41,774 nucleotides of DNA from Chloroflexota bacterium (lineage in GTDB: Bacteria > Chloroflexota > Dehalococcoidia > UBA2979), in NCBI GenBank assembly GCA_027622315.1, contig JAQBZW010000003.1, positions 1-41,774 of the forward strand, read 5' to 3'. Under the pieces are notes generated by a model. That model worked only from the letters and a program-made list of their open reading frames with translations, was not told the origin of the DNA and did not search any database. Shown piece by piece: positions 8,425-17,589 of this stretch. The position numbers were made by a program, and so were the translations under genes. How positions within the stretch are numbered: position 1 is the first letter of the stretch; each line of letters starts with the position of its first letter.

Positions 8425-9630
8425 CTACGGTCCGAGCTCGCCCGCGCGATCGCCGGCGTTCGTATCGGTGTGTGTCGGGAGCGCCGCCAGCGGGGCGGCG
8501 GGGTGTCTCCGGCCCGAGCGGCGGAGCAGATGCCGTCCCACCAGGCTGAGCGCGAACGCATCGTCGGGCGTCTCGCCGCGAAAGCGGCGGTCGAGGTACC
8601 AGAATAGCTCGCGCAGGATCGCGGTCACTGGGACCGCGATCAGCAGCCCGAGGAACCCGAAGGCCGTGCCCCACACGGCGAGCAGCACGATCACCATCGC
8701 CGGATGGATGTCGACCGCGTGGCCCTGGATGCGGGGCACGAGCAGGCTGTTCTCAAGCTGCTGCACGCCGAGGTAAACGAGCGCGACCCACAGGGCGCGG
8801 CTCGGATCGGTGGCGAGGATGATGATCATCCCCGGCACCGCGCCGATCCACGGTCCGAGGATCGGGATCAGCTCCGTGACGCCCGCCCAGATCCCAAGCG
8901 CGACCGAGAGCGGCACGCCGAGCAGCGTGAGCGCGATGCCCACGGCCAGGCCGACGACCGCCCCCAGCAGCAGCTGCGCGCGGATGTATCGGCCGAGCAG
9001 GCCATCCGCGATCGAGAGCGCGTTCTCCACGTCGGGGCGAATGGTGGGCGGCACCGCGGACTTGAAGTTGCGGGCGACGAAATGGCGGTCGCGCAGCGCC
9101 CAGAACATCCACACCGGCACGACGACGAACGCCAGCAGCACCGTGAGCGTCTGCGTGACGAACGCGATCGAGCTGCGCAGCCACGCGCCGGCGGCCGTCG
9201 TGAACGACCCCGTGCCGTCGCTCACGATCGCGTCGATGCGCTGTTGCGCGTCGACGGGCACGCGACTGTGGTAGCGCTCCAGCCAGGAGTCTGTCTTCTC
9301 CCGTGCGCGATCGACGAGCTCGGGCAGCGTGTCCGCGAATTGCGTCGTCTGATCGGCCGCGAGCGGCACGATCACGAGCGCGGCTCCGAAGAGCGAGGCC
9401 GCGGCGACGGCGTACAGGACGAAGACGACAAGCCCGCGTCGCATGACGTCGCCCTGGTGCGTGCGCGCAGGAATCACCCCGGCCAGCCGGTCCACGATCG
9501 GCGTGAGCGCGTACGCGATCACGGCGCCGAACGCGAACGGAAGCAGCGCTCCTCGCGCGTGCCAGGCGAACCACGCGACCAGCAGCAGGGCCCCGACCCA
9601 CAGTGCGATCCGCCAACGGTGGGATGTCAC
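8425..9630 (-). CDS. AI-2E family transporter
   Basis: PFAFGAVIAYALTPIV, YIRAQLL, ELIPILGPWIG, QQLENSLLVPRIQG, GFLGLLIAVP. Confidence 0.92.
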   Translation of the reverse strand: MTSHRWRIALWVGALLLVAWFAWHARGALLPFAFGAVIAYALTPIVDRLAGVIPARTHQGDVMRRGLVVFVLYAVAAASLFGAALVIVPLAADQTTQFADTLPELVDRAREKTDSWLERYHSRVPVDAQQRIDAIVSDGTGSFTTAAGAWLRSSIAFVTQTLTVLLAFVVVPVWMFWALRDRHFVARNFKSAVPPTIRPDVENALSIADGLLGRYIRAQLLLGAVVGLAVGIALTLLGVPLSVALGIWAGVTELIPILGPWIGAVPGMIIILATDPSRALWVALVYLGVQQLENSLLVPRIQGHAVDIHPAMVIVLLAVWGTAFGFLGLLIAVPVTAILRELFWYLDRRFRGETPDDAFALSLVGRHLLRRSGRRHPAAPLAALPTHTDTNAGDRAGELGP

Positions 9631-9658
9631 GGGTGCATTCTGCCTGATCGATCGAACA

Positions 9659-9688
9659 TTGACATGCCCGGCCGACCACGCCGACGAT
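9659..9688 (+). promoter_or_regulatory. Putative sigma70 promoter of the Fur-family gene (TTGACA-N18-GACGAT)
   Basis: Perfect -35 TTGACA at 9659-9664, -10-like GACGAT at 9683-9688, ATG 7 nt later. Confidence 0.5.
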
Positions 9689-9695
9689 GAGCCCG

Positions 9696-10121
9696 ATGAC
9701 CACCATGGATCTGCTCGAACGCACGATCGTCCGCAGCGGACATCGCCTCACGACGCCACGACGGCGCCTGCTCGAGGTGATGGACGGACTCGGCGATCGC
9801 TTTACCGCCGACCAGGTGCTCGCGGCATCGCCCGGCGTCGGGCGAGCCACCGTGTTCCGCACGCTTCGGCTCATGCAGGAGCTCGGTGTGGTCTGCCAGG
9901 TGGTGCTCGACGGTGGCGGCGTCGCCTATCGCCTCGGGAGCGGTGGCCATCACCACCACGTCGTGTGTTCCGAATGCGGTGCTGTGAGCGACTTCGCGTC
10001 GCACGACATCGAAGACCTCGTCGCCGAGCTCGGGCGCCGCAGCGGCTTCGAGATCGATTCGCACCGCCTCGAGCTGTACGGTCGTTGTCAGCGCTGCCGC
10101 GCGACGCTCATCCTCGATTGA
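9696..10121 (+). CDS. Fur family transcriptional regulator (Fur/Zur/PerR type with two CxxC)
   Basis: GHRLTTPRR, VGRATVFRTL, HHHHVVCSECG, LYGRCQRC; start may be 9687 or 9705. Confidence 0.92.
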   Translation: MTTMDLLERTIVRSGHRLTTPRRRLLEVMDGLGDRFTADQVLAASPGVGRATVFRTLRLMQELGVVCQVVLDGGGVAYRLGSGGHHHHVVCSECGAVSDFASHDIEDLVAELGRRSGFEIDSHRLELYGRCQRCRATLILD

Positions 10122-11097
10122 CCGGCTCACGCCCCCGCGAGGGATCTCCGGTCTGTCCGGCTGGGGTCGCCGTGCGTTCTCCGTGTACGACCGGGATCAC
10201 CGTTTCGATCAGCCGCCGTGTCTGTTCGACGAAGTCGGCGCCGTCCACGGCCAGTGGTCGCATGACGAACTTGGACACGCCCGCGGCGCGGTAGTCGGCG
10301 ATGCGCGCGAGGATGTCGTGCTCGTCGCCGACCGCGAGGAACTGCCGAGCGTCGCCAACCTCGGGCAGGCGCGCCATCGCGGTAGCGGAGCGCTCGACGA
10401 TCGGTTCGTCCCATGAGCCGAAGCGGAAGGGGAAGCCCGCCCCGTAGTGATCCTCGTCGATCTGACGGCCTGCGGCCGTCGCGGCAACCTTGATCGCCGC
10501 CACCACAGGCGCGACCCGATCGGGTGAAGCCACGCCGGAGATCCAGCCCGTGCCGAGCGTGGCGGTGCGGCGGATCGCCGCCCGCGAACTTCCGCCGATC
10601 CACAACGGCAGTGGCTGCCTGATCGGCAGGGGGGAGATGCGCGCGCCGCTGTACTGGAAGTGCTCGCCGGCGAAGGTCACCTCGTCGCCGCGCCAGAGTC
10701 GCGACATAATCTCGAGCATCTCATCTGAGCGCGCGCCGCGAGTCGCGGGCGAGCGGCCGGTCGTCCGCCACTCCGGGATCGCGTCGCCACCCACGCCGAA
10801 CGCCGGCAGTAGCCGTCCCTCGCTCAGGTAGTCGATGGTCGCGCACTGTTTCGCGAGTACCAGCGGGTCGCGGACCGGGAGCACGACCACGTTCATGCCG
10901 AACTGCAGACGCTCCGTGCCGCCGGCGAGCGCGGCCATCAGGCTCATCGGCTCGAGCATCGGCTGCAACGAGACGAGTCGATCCGTTTGCCAGATCGAGT
11001 CGACGTCGCCGCCCTCGCAGAGCTCGATCCACCGCCAGAACTTGCGAGAGCTCGCGAACGGATATTGCGCCAGGCCCAGACCGATGCTCACGCTCAT
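10108..11097 (-). CDS. LLM class flavin (possibly F420)-dependent oxidoreductase
   Basis: DSIWQTD, EPMSLMAALAGGTERL, RDPLVLAKQCATIDYLSEGRL, PLWIGG. Confidence 0.9.
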   Translation of the reverse strand: MSVSIGLGLAQYPFASSRKFWRWIELCEGGDVDSIWQTDRLVSLQPMLEPMSLMAALAGGTERLQFGMNVVVLPVRDPLVLAKQCATIDYLSEGRLLPAFGVGGDAIPEWRTTGRSPATRGARSDEMLEIMSRLWRGDEVTFAGEHFQYSGARISPLPIRQPLPLWIGGSSRAAIRRTATLGTGWISGVASPDRVAPVVAAIKVAATAAGRQIDEDHYGAGFPFRFGSWDEPIVERSATAMARLPEVGDARQFLAVGDEHDILARIADYRAAGVSKFVMRPLAVDGADFVEQTRRLIETVIPVVHGERTATPAGQTGDPSRGREPVNRG

Positions 11098-11190
11098 CGT
11101 CGTCCCCCGTGCTTCATGCCTGCGCATCTTCGGGCATCGCGGCGCGCGCCGCGAATCCGGCCGCCGGCAGGCGGGCCAACTGCACATTGA

Positions 11191-11219
11191 TTGAGCCGAA
11201 GCGCGGGCGTGCCTAGGCT
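11191..11219 (+). promoter_or_regulatory. Putative sigma70 promoter (TTGAGC-N17-TAGGCT), probably leaderless
   Basis: Correct 17-nt spacing; GTG start 6 nt after the -10, no RBS. Confidence 0.5.
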
Positions 11220-11225
11220 GGATGA

Positions 11226-12683
11226 GTGCCTCCCGATCAACCGCCGTCACCGCGGAAGAAGCCCGACCCCTCCGAGGTCGATCGCAAAGCACGCCTCCGC
11301 ATCGCCGCTCAGCGTCCCGCGAAGCAGGATCCCACCGCGCGCGTCCAGAACTGGGACGAAGTCTTCTTCCTCTTCGACGAGTCGACCGCCCGCGCGGAGG
11401 CGATGCGCTGCATCCAGTGTCCTGCGGCTCCGTGTCAGCGCGCGTGTCCCGTGCACAACGACATTCCCGGCGCGTTCTGGCTGCTCGAGCAGGGTGACTT
11501 CTCCGGCGCCGCCGATGTCTTCCGTGAGACGAGCGAACTGCCGGAGATGTGCGGTCGGCTCTGCCCACAGGAGCGCCTCTGCGAGGGCCATTGCGTGGTC
11601 GGCAAGAACGCCCTGCCGGTCGCGATCGGCAAGCTCGAGACGTTTGCCACCGAGTGGCAGCGTGCGCACGGAGAGCTGCACACGCCTGCGCCGGCGCCGA
11701 GCACCGGCAAGCGCGTCGCGGTCGTTGGGACCGGTCCGGCGGGCATCGCCGCCGCGGAACGGCTGGCACACGCCGGACATGCGGTCGTGATGTTCGAGGC
11801 CTGGCCCGAGCCGGGTGGGGTGCTGCTCTACGGCATCCCCACGTTCAAGCAGAACAAGCCGGCGATCACGCGCAAGTTCGAGGAGCTGGCGGCGCTCGGT
11901 GTGGAGGTGCGCTGCGGCGTGGAGGTGGGCAGGGACCTCACGTGGGAAGCGCTCCACGCCGAATACGATGCGGTCTTCCTCGGCTTCGGCGCGCCGGTGG
12001 GCGCCGCGCTCGGCATCCCCAACGAGGATGCGCCGGGCGTACACCTCGCGACCCCGTTCCTCGTGCGCGCGAATCTCGAGCCGGCGTTGCTGGGCGACGG
12101 CTACGCCGAGCCGCTGCCGATCGTGCGCCGGGTCGTGGTCGTGGGCGGCGGTGACACATCGATGGACTGCGTGCGCTCTGCGCTTCGGCTGGGCGCCGAG
12201 CACGTCTCGCTGATCTACCGGCGCACGGAAGCCGAGATGCAGGGTCGTGCGGAAGAGCGGCAGCATGCCTCCGAAGAGGGGGTCAAGTTCCTCTATCTCA
12301 CGACGCCGCTGGAGGTGATCCTCGACGCGGACGGCCACGTGAGCGGCCTCCGCTGCCAGCGCATGCGCCTCGGCGAGCCCGACGACACCGGTCGCGCGCG
12401 GCCGCTGCCTGAGCCCGGTTCCGAGTTCGACGTCGAGGCGGACGCGATCGTGCTGGCCATCGGCTACAACGTCGACGAACGCTGGGGCGAGATCACCGCT
12501 GAACTGATGCGTGATCGCTGGGATCGCGTGGTCGTGGATCCCCAGACGATGAAGACGAATATCCCGGGTGTGTTCGCCGGCGGCGACAACGTGAACGGGG
12601 CGGATCTCGTGGTCACGGCGCTCGCCGACGGCCAGCGCGCCGCCGCCGCGATCGATGCCTATCTCGCAGGCGGCGGGTGGTAG
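11226..12683 (+). CDS. GltD/NfnB/SudA-like NAD(P)H-dependent Fe-S flavoprotein (glutamate synthase small-subunit family)
   Basis: RCIQCPAAPCQRACP, CGRLCPQERLCEGHC, VGTGPAG, YGIP, VGGGDTSMDC, YRRT, FAGGD. Confidence 0.9.
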   Translation: MPPDQPPSPRKKPDPSEVDRKARLRIAAQRPAKQDPTARVQNWDEVFFLFDESTARAEAMRCIQCPAAPCQRACPVHNDIPGAFWLLEQGDFSGAADVFRETSELPEMCGRLCPQERLCEGHCVVGKNALPVAIGKLETFATEWQRAHGELHTPAPAPSTGKRVAVVGTGPAGIAAAERLAHAGHAVVMFEAWPEPGGVLLYGIPTFKQNKPAITRKFEELAALGVEVRCGVEVGRDLTWEALHAEYDAVFLGFGAPVGAALGIPNEDAPGVHLATPFLVRANLEPALLGDGYAEPLPIVRRVVVVGGGDTSMDCVRSALRLGAEHVSLIYRRTEAEMQGRAEERQHASEEGVKFLYLTTPLEVILDADGHVSGLRCQRMRLGEPDDTGRARPLPEPGSEFDVEADAIVLAIGYNVDERWGEITAELMRDRWDRVVVDPQTMKTNIPGVFAGGDNVNGADLVVTALADGQRAAAAIDAYLAGGGW

Positions 12684-12797
12684 CAGGCACCGTCCCGCGC
12701 GCGGTGTGATCGCTTCGTCCAGCCTTTCCCCGCTGTTACACTCAGTTCCCGGACGACATGGCCCGCGCGGGTCTGGCGCAGGGGGACGGGGGCGCGC

Positions 12798-13241
12798 ATG
12801 GCGATCGCGGTTGGTCAGGACGCTCCGGATTTCACGCTCCGCGACGAGAACGCTCAGGGCGTCGCGCTCTCCTCATTCCGCGGCTCGCCGGTGGTGCTCG
12901 TCTTCTACGCCTTCGACTTCTCCGGGATCTGCACCGCGGAGCACTGCGACATCCGAGACAACTACTCGTCGTGGATGGACCACGGCGCGAAAGTGTTCGG
13001 CATCAGCCGCGATAGCGTCTTCGCGCACAAGGCCTTCAAGGAGCGCGAGGGCTTCCAGCACTCTTTGCTCGCCGACGTCACAGGCGAGGTCGCGACGAAG
13101 TACGACACGTGGAACGCGGCCGTCGGTGCCGCCGAGCGCGCGACTATCGTGATCGATCGCGACGGCAAGGTCGCCTACTACACCAAGAACGCCATCCCCA
13201 ACGCTCGCGACCACTCCGAGGTGGCGCAGCACATCAAGTAG
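12798..13241 (+). CDS. Peroxiredoxin/redoxin (AhpE/BCP-like)
   Basis: VGQDAPDFTL, VVLVFYAFDFSGICTAE, GISRDS, ERATIVIDRDGKV. Confidence 0.88.
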   Translation: MAIAVGQDAPDFTLRDENAQGVALSSFRGSPVVLVFYAFDFSGICTAEHCDIRDNYSSWMDHGAKVFGISRDSVFAHKAFKEREGFQHSLLADVTGEVATKYDTWNAAVGAAERATIVIDRDGKVAYYTKNAIPNARDHSEVAQHIK

Positions 13242-13249
13242 GTGCCGTG

Positions 13250-13660
13250 ATGCAGAAGCTCACGACCACGCCCGACGGCGACTACTGCCCGGTCCGCGCC
13301 ACGCTGGCGCTGGTGGGCCAGAAGTGGGTGCCGCAGATCATCTACGAGTTGATCGACGGAAAATTGCGGTTCAACGAGCTCGCGTCCGGCGTGGGCGGAT
13401 GTAACTCGCGCACGCTGCGCGATCGCCTGAAGGTGCTCGAGGAGCTCGGCATCGTCTCGCGCCACATCATCGCCACCATGCCGCCGTGGGTGGAGTACGA
13501 GCTGACCGAGCGCGGCACCGAGCTCGCCCAGGCCCTGCAGCCGCTCGCCCGCTGGGGGCGCCTGCACCTCAGCGAGGGGCTACCGGGAGCAGTGGGCGTC
13601 GACGGGCACACCGGCGGCGCAACGGCACCCGCGGTGGCAGCGACCGTCGAAACCCGGTGA
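13250..13660 (+). CDS. HxlR family winged-helix transcriptional regulator
   Basis: CPVRATLALVGQKW, RFNEL, LKVLEELGIV, PPWVEYELTERG. Confidence 0.92.
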   Translation: MQKLTTTPDGDYCPVRATLALVGQKWVPQIIYELIDGKLRFNELASGVGGCNSRTLRDRLKVLEELGIVSRHIIATMPPWVEYELTERGTELAQALQPLARWGRLHLSEGLPGAVGVDGHTGGATAPAVAATVETR

Positions 13661-14094
13661 GCGCCTCAACGCCAAAGCTCTCGCTCGATCGGCTCCAGCG
13701 CGGCGATCACCTCCCGTCGTTCACGCTCCGCGTGACGAGTCGCGACGTGCGTGACTACCTCGCAGCGACGGGGGAGTCGCCCGATCTCTGGACCCACCAG
13801 GTGCCACCGCTCGCGCTCGGCGCGTTTGCGCTTGCCGGACTGATGGAGCGCGTGGAGCTTCCGGCCGGACTGGTGCACACCGGGCAGGAGTATGCATTCG
13901 CGCACCCCGTACGGCACGACGCAGCGGTGGAGGTGCGCATCCGCGTGGCTTCGCGCTCCGAACGCCGGGGCGCGGTGATCACTGCGCTCGAAAGTGAGTG
14001 GCACTCCGGCGACACGCTCGTGGGCAGCGCACGTACGACGGTGCTGGTCGCTCCGCCCGGCGCGGAGGATCCGGGCGCCGGCGGCGACGCGTGA
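13657..14094 (+). CDS. MaoC-like hotdog-fold dehydratase subunit (HadA-like, non-catalytic)
   Basis: VRDYLAATGE, VPPLA, LVHTGQEYAF; GTGA overlap with the upstream gene. Confidence 0.75.
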   Translation: MSASTPKLSLDRLQRGDHLPSFTLRVTSRDVRDYLAATGESPDLWTHQVPPLALGAFALAGLMERVELPAGLVHTGQEYAFAHPVRHDAAVEVRIRVASRSERRGAVITALESEWHSGDTLVGSARTTVLVAPPGAEDPGAGGDA

Positions 14095-14489
14095 GCACGG
14101 AGGCGAGCGAGGCGCCGGCGGTCGCACCGGTGAGCCGGTTGATCGACCAGGCACGGGTGGATGCGTATGCCACCGCCGCGCGTGATCACAACCCGATCCA
14201 TCGCGTGGGCGCGGAAGCGAGCGCGAGCCAGTTCGGACGCCCGATCGCACACGGCATGCTCGTGCTCGCGCTCGTGTCGGAGGCGATGGCCGCCGCGTTC
14301 GGCGAGCGCTGGGCGCGCGGCGGCACGCTCAAGGTGCGCTGGCGCGCCCCGGCGATCCCGCCGGTGACGGTGACCGCGCGCGCGACGGCGCGTGCCGTCA
14401 CGGACGGCCTCGCGAGCTACGACGTCGTCTGCGAGACCGAGAGCGGCGAGCCACTGCTCACGGGCACGGCCACCGCGCCGCTGGCCTGA
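14091..14489 (+). CDS. MaoC family dehydratase (HadB-like catalytic subunit)
   Basis: YATAARDHNPIH and PIAHGML hydratase-2 motif; GTGA overlap. Confidence 0.85.
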   Translation: MSTEASEAPAVAPVSRLIDQARVDAYATAARDHNPIHRVGAEASASQFGRPIAHGMLVLALVSEAMAAAFGERWARGGTLKVRWRAPAIPPVTVTARATARAVTDGLASYDVVCETESGEPLLTGTATAPLA

Positions 14490-14497
14490 GGCGTCCC

Positions 14498-14971
14498 GTG
14501 TCCGAGGCCTTCGATCCACGCATGTACGAGCACTTCTGCTACGCGTGCGGTCGCCACAACCCACTCGGCCTGCAGATGCGCTTCGAGCGCGACGGTGACG
14601 GCGTGCTTGCGCGCTACACGCCGCGCGTCGAGGACAGCGGCTTCCCGGGCGTTCTCCACGGCGGCGTGCTCGTCACCCTGCTCGACGAGGCGATGGCCTG
14701 GGCGATGTACGCGCGCGCTGAGACGCTCGGCGTGACGGCGACGATGGAGACGCGCTACCGGCGTCCCGCGCTCCTCGACGAGGAGCTGACCGTGCGCGCG
14801 CGCGTGACGCGCGCGCGCGGGCGCCGGCTCGCAGTCGAGGCCACGCTCGATGCCCCCGCCGGCGAACGCGTCGCCGAGGCGAGCGCGCTGTTCCTCCGGC
14901 TGCCGCCGGAGCGCGACGCCGAGATCCGGCGCGCGATTGGATGGACCGTGACCCCACCCGCGCCAGAGTGA
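14498..14971 (+). CDS. PaaI family thioesterase
   Basis: CYACGRHNPLGL, GFPGVLHGGVLVTLLDEAM, T..M..RYRRP. Confidence 0.9.
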   Translation: MSEAFDPRMYEHFCYACGRHNPLGLQMRFERDGDGVLARYTPRVEDSGFPGVLHGGVLVTLLDEAMAWAMYARAETLGVTATMETRYRRPALLDEELTVRARVTRARGRRLAVEATLDAPAGERVAEASALFLRLPPERDAEIRRAIGWTVTPPAPE

Positions 14972-15051
14972 CCTGACGGTGACGCCCGCCGATCGAGGGC
15001 CGCACCCGCGTTCGAGTGCGCGCGCGTGACGGCCCGCGGCCATGCGCAGCG

Positions 15052-16437
15052 TCAGGAGCGAGCCGCGCTTGCGGCGGACGCGCCGGGGCGTACGAGGGTT
15101 TCGCGTGCGCCGACGAGGAAGAAGAGCGAGGCCGCCCCGATCAGCAGCGCGTTCGCACCGAAGCCCCAGCCGAACGAGGTCGCGTCGGCCAGCGCGCCGA
15201 GCAGCGGCGGGCCGATCAAGAATCCGATGTCGCCCGACGAGCGATAGAGCCCCATCGCCAGGCCACGCAGCTCCGGCGGCGCGATGTCGGCGGCGTACGC
15301 CGCCGGGGCCGGGCCTGCTACGCCCGTGCCCGCAGCGAGCACGACCGCGCCGGCAAGGAACAACACGGTGCCGTTCGCGTATGCCAGCATCAGCAGCGCG
15401 ACCGCGACGAGCAGCCCGCTCGGCACGATCGCCGCCTTGCGGCCGAAGCGGTCCGCGATCACCGCCGCGGGCACGATCAGCAGCAGGTTCACGAGGGACA
15501 TCATCGTGAAGACGGCGCCGAGCGCCCCCGCCGACATGCCGAGCCGCGCCGACGCCATGACCGGCAAGAGCGTCTGTCGCGAGGCGGTCCGCGTGAAGAA
15601 CACGGACATCGTCACGCACGAGACCGCGAGGAAGTCGCGCGAGCGCATCATCGTGATCCATGCGCGCTCCGGTCGGCGCGCCGGCAGTCCGTCGGCGTGC
15701 TCGGGACGGACGGACGCGTGGTGTGCCCCTTCGCCCGCGGTCTCGGGACCGGCCTGCGCACCGACAGCCGCGACTTCGCCATGCTCCGGTGCTACGACGC
15801 CGGCCTCTCCGCTGATCGCGCGGCGGGTCTCCGGCAGCCGCGAATACGAGTAGAACACCGCGCTGAACGCGGCAGCGCCGACGACGAAGAAGGGGGCGCG
15901 CAGTCCCCACAGCTCGGCGACCACGCCACCGATCGCCGGGCCCACTGACGTGCCGAGCAGCAGGGCGCCCTGGTTCGTGCCGATGAAGCGAGCGCGGTTG
16001 GCGGGTGTGGAGATGTCCGCGAGGTAGGTCTGTGCGCCCGTCATGTACATGGCAGATCCGGCGCCTGCGACAAAGCGCCAGGCAAGCAATTCGCCGATGT
16101 TCCCGGAGAACCCGGAGCCGATCATGCCGAGCGCGGTGACCAGCGGACCGCCGACGAGCAACAGGCGACGGCCGTAGCGGTCCGAGGCCACCCCCAGCGG
16201 CACATTGAGCAGCAGTCGGGCGAGGGCAAAGGAGGAGAGCGTGAGCCCGATCGCCGCTGTGCCCACGCCGAACTCGCGTGCGAAGAGCGGGAGGATCGGG
16301 CTGATCACGCCTTGACCGGCCATGATCAGCACCGTCGAGATGCAGATCATGAGCAGTTGCTCTTGCTCGCGCAGCGGCGCGAGCGCGCGGGCTGCCGCCT
16401 GGACGGGTGATCGCAGAGGCGACCGGCGGCGCGTCAT
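15052..16437 (-). CDS. MFS transporter
   Basis: 12 TM pattern, GVASDRYGRR and ADRFGRK motif A, long central loop. Confidence 0.92.
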   Translation of the reverse strand: MTRRRSPLRSPVQAAARALAPLREQEQLLMICISTVLIMAGQGVISPILPLFAREFGVGTAAIGLTLSSFALARLLLNVPLGVASDRYGRRLLLVGGPLVTALGMIGSGFSGNIGELLAWRFVAGAGSAMYMTGAQTYLADISTPANRARFIGTNQGALLLGTSVGPAIGGVVAELWGLRAPFFVVGAAAFSAVFYSYSRLPETRRAISGEAGVVAPEHGEVAAVGAQAGPETAGEGAHHASVRPEHADGLPARRPERAWITMMRSRDFLAVSCVTMSVFFTRTASRQTLLPVMASARLGMSAGALGAVFTMMSLVNLLLIVPAAVIADRFGRKAAIVPSGLLVAVALLMLAYANGTVLFLAGAVVLAAGTGVAGPAPAAYAADIAPPELRGLAMGLYRSSGDIGFLIGPPLLGALADATSFGWGFGANALLIGAASLFFLVGARETLVRPGASAASAARS

Positions 16438-16461
16438 CGGTCGCGCGTCAGCGGTTCGCGG

Positions 16462-17589
16462 TCACGCGGGGGCGCCGAGCAGCTCCTCGACCGGTCGGTA
16501 CGGTCGGCCCAGCGAGGTGGCGACGCCCGGATGGGTGATCTGCCCGCGGTAGACGTTGACGCCGCGGCGCAATGCGGCGTCCTGGCGAATCGCCGCGTCC
16601 ACGCTGCCGCTGTTGGCGACCTTGAGGATGTACGGCAGCGTGAGCCCAGTGAGCGCGCGTGAGGACGTGCGCGGCACGGCGCCCGGCATGTTCGGCACCG
16701 CGTAGTGCACGACGCCCTCTTCGACGTAGATCGGGTGCACGTGATCGATGGGCCGTGTCGTCTCGACGCACCCGCCCTGGTCGACGGCAACGTCGACGAT
16801 CATTGCCCCCGGCCCCATCGAGCGGACCATTTCGCGCGTGACCACCACCGGCGCGCGCCGGCCCTCCACCAGCACCGCCCCGATCAGGAGATCGGCGGTC
16901 GCCACCGCGGACGCGATCGCCTGTGGCGATGCGAGCCGTGTCTCCACGCGGCCGGCGTAGAGCTCCTCCAACGCGCGTAGCTGGCTCTCGTCGATCGAGA
17001 TCACGGTCACGCGCGCGCCGAAGCCGACGGCGGCGCGACAGGAGTTCTTGCCGACATTGCCAGAGCCCACGATCACCACGTGCGCGGGCGGCACGCCCGG
17101 GAGGCCGCCGAGCAGCATGCCGCGGCGGGGCCCCGGCCGCTTGAGGAAGTGCGCTCCGATCTCGACCGCCATGCGGCCGGCGATTTCGGACATGGGCGCG
17201 AGCAAGGGCAGGAAGCCGTCATCCTGCTCCACCGTCTCGTAGCCGATGGCGACGCACTTCGAGGCGATGATGGCGTCTGCGACCGCGGGTGCGGCCGCGA
17301 GGTGGAGGTAGGTGAACAGCACCTGGCCCTCGCGCAGCAGCCCGTACTCGGACGGCTGTGGCTCCTTGACCTCGCACATGAGGTCCGCGCGGGCGTAGAC
17401 CTCGGCCGGGGTGGGGAGCACCTCGGCGCGGGCGGCGCGGTACTCCTCGTCGCTGTAGTTCGATCCCTCGCCGGCGCCCTGCTCGATCACGACACGATGG
17501 CCGGCCGCGATCACGTCGTGTACCCCGTCCGGGGTGAGCGCGACGCGGTATTCCTCCGTCTTCGTCTCCTTGACGGTGCCGACGATCAC
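16462..17589 (-). CDS. ald: Alanine dehydrogenase
   Basis: KETKTEEYRVALTP, VKEP, FTYLHLA, PMSEIAGR, GSGNVG, DVAVDQGGCVET, PNMPGAVPRTS. Confidence 0.93.
   Translation of the reverse strand: MIVGTVKETKTEEYRVALTPDGVHDVIAAGHRVVIEQGAGEGSNYSDEEYRAARAEVLPTPAEVYARADLMCEVKEPQPSEYGLLREGQVLFTYLHLAAAPAVADAIIASKCVAIGYETVEQDDGFLPLLAPMSEIAGRMAVEIGAHFLKRPGPRRGMLLGGLPGVPPAHVVIVGSGNVGKNSCRAAVGFGARVTVISIDESQLRALEELYAGRVETRLASPQAIASAVATADLLIGAVLVEGRRAPVVVTREMVRSMGPGAMIVDVAVDQGGCVETTRPIDHVHPIYVEEGVVHYAVPNMPGAVPRTSSRALTGLTLPYILKVANSGSVDAAIRQDAALRRGVNVYRGQITHPGVATSLGRPYRPVEELLGAPA

Noticed and set aside
12798-13241. Selenocysteine recoding in the peroxiredoxin or other redox genes
   Set aside because: Catalytic positions are ordinary Cys codons and I noticed no in-frame TGA interrupting a conserved domain
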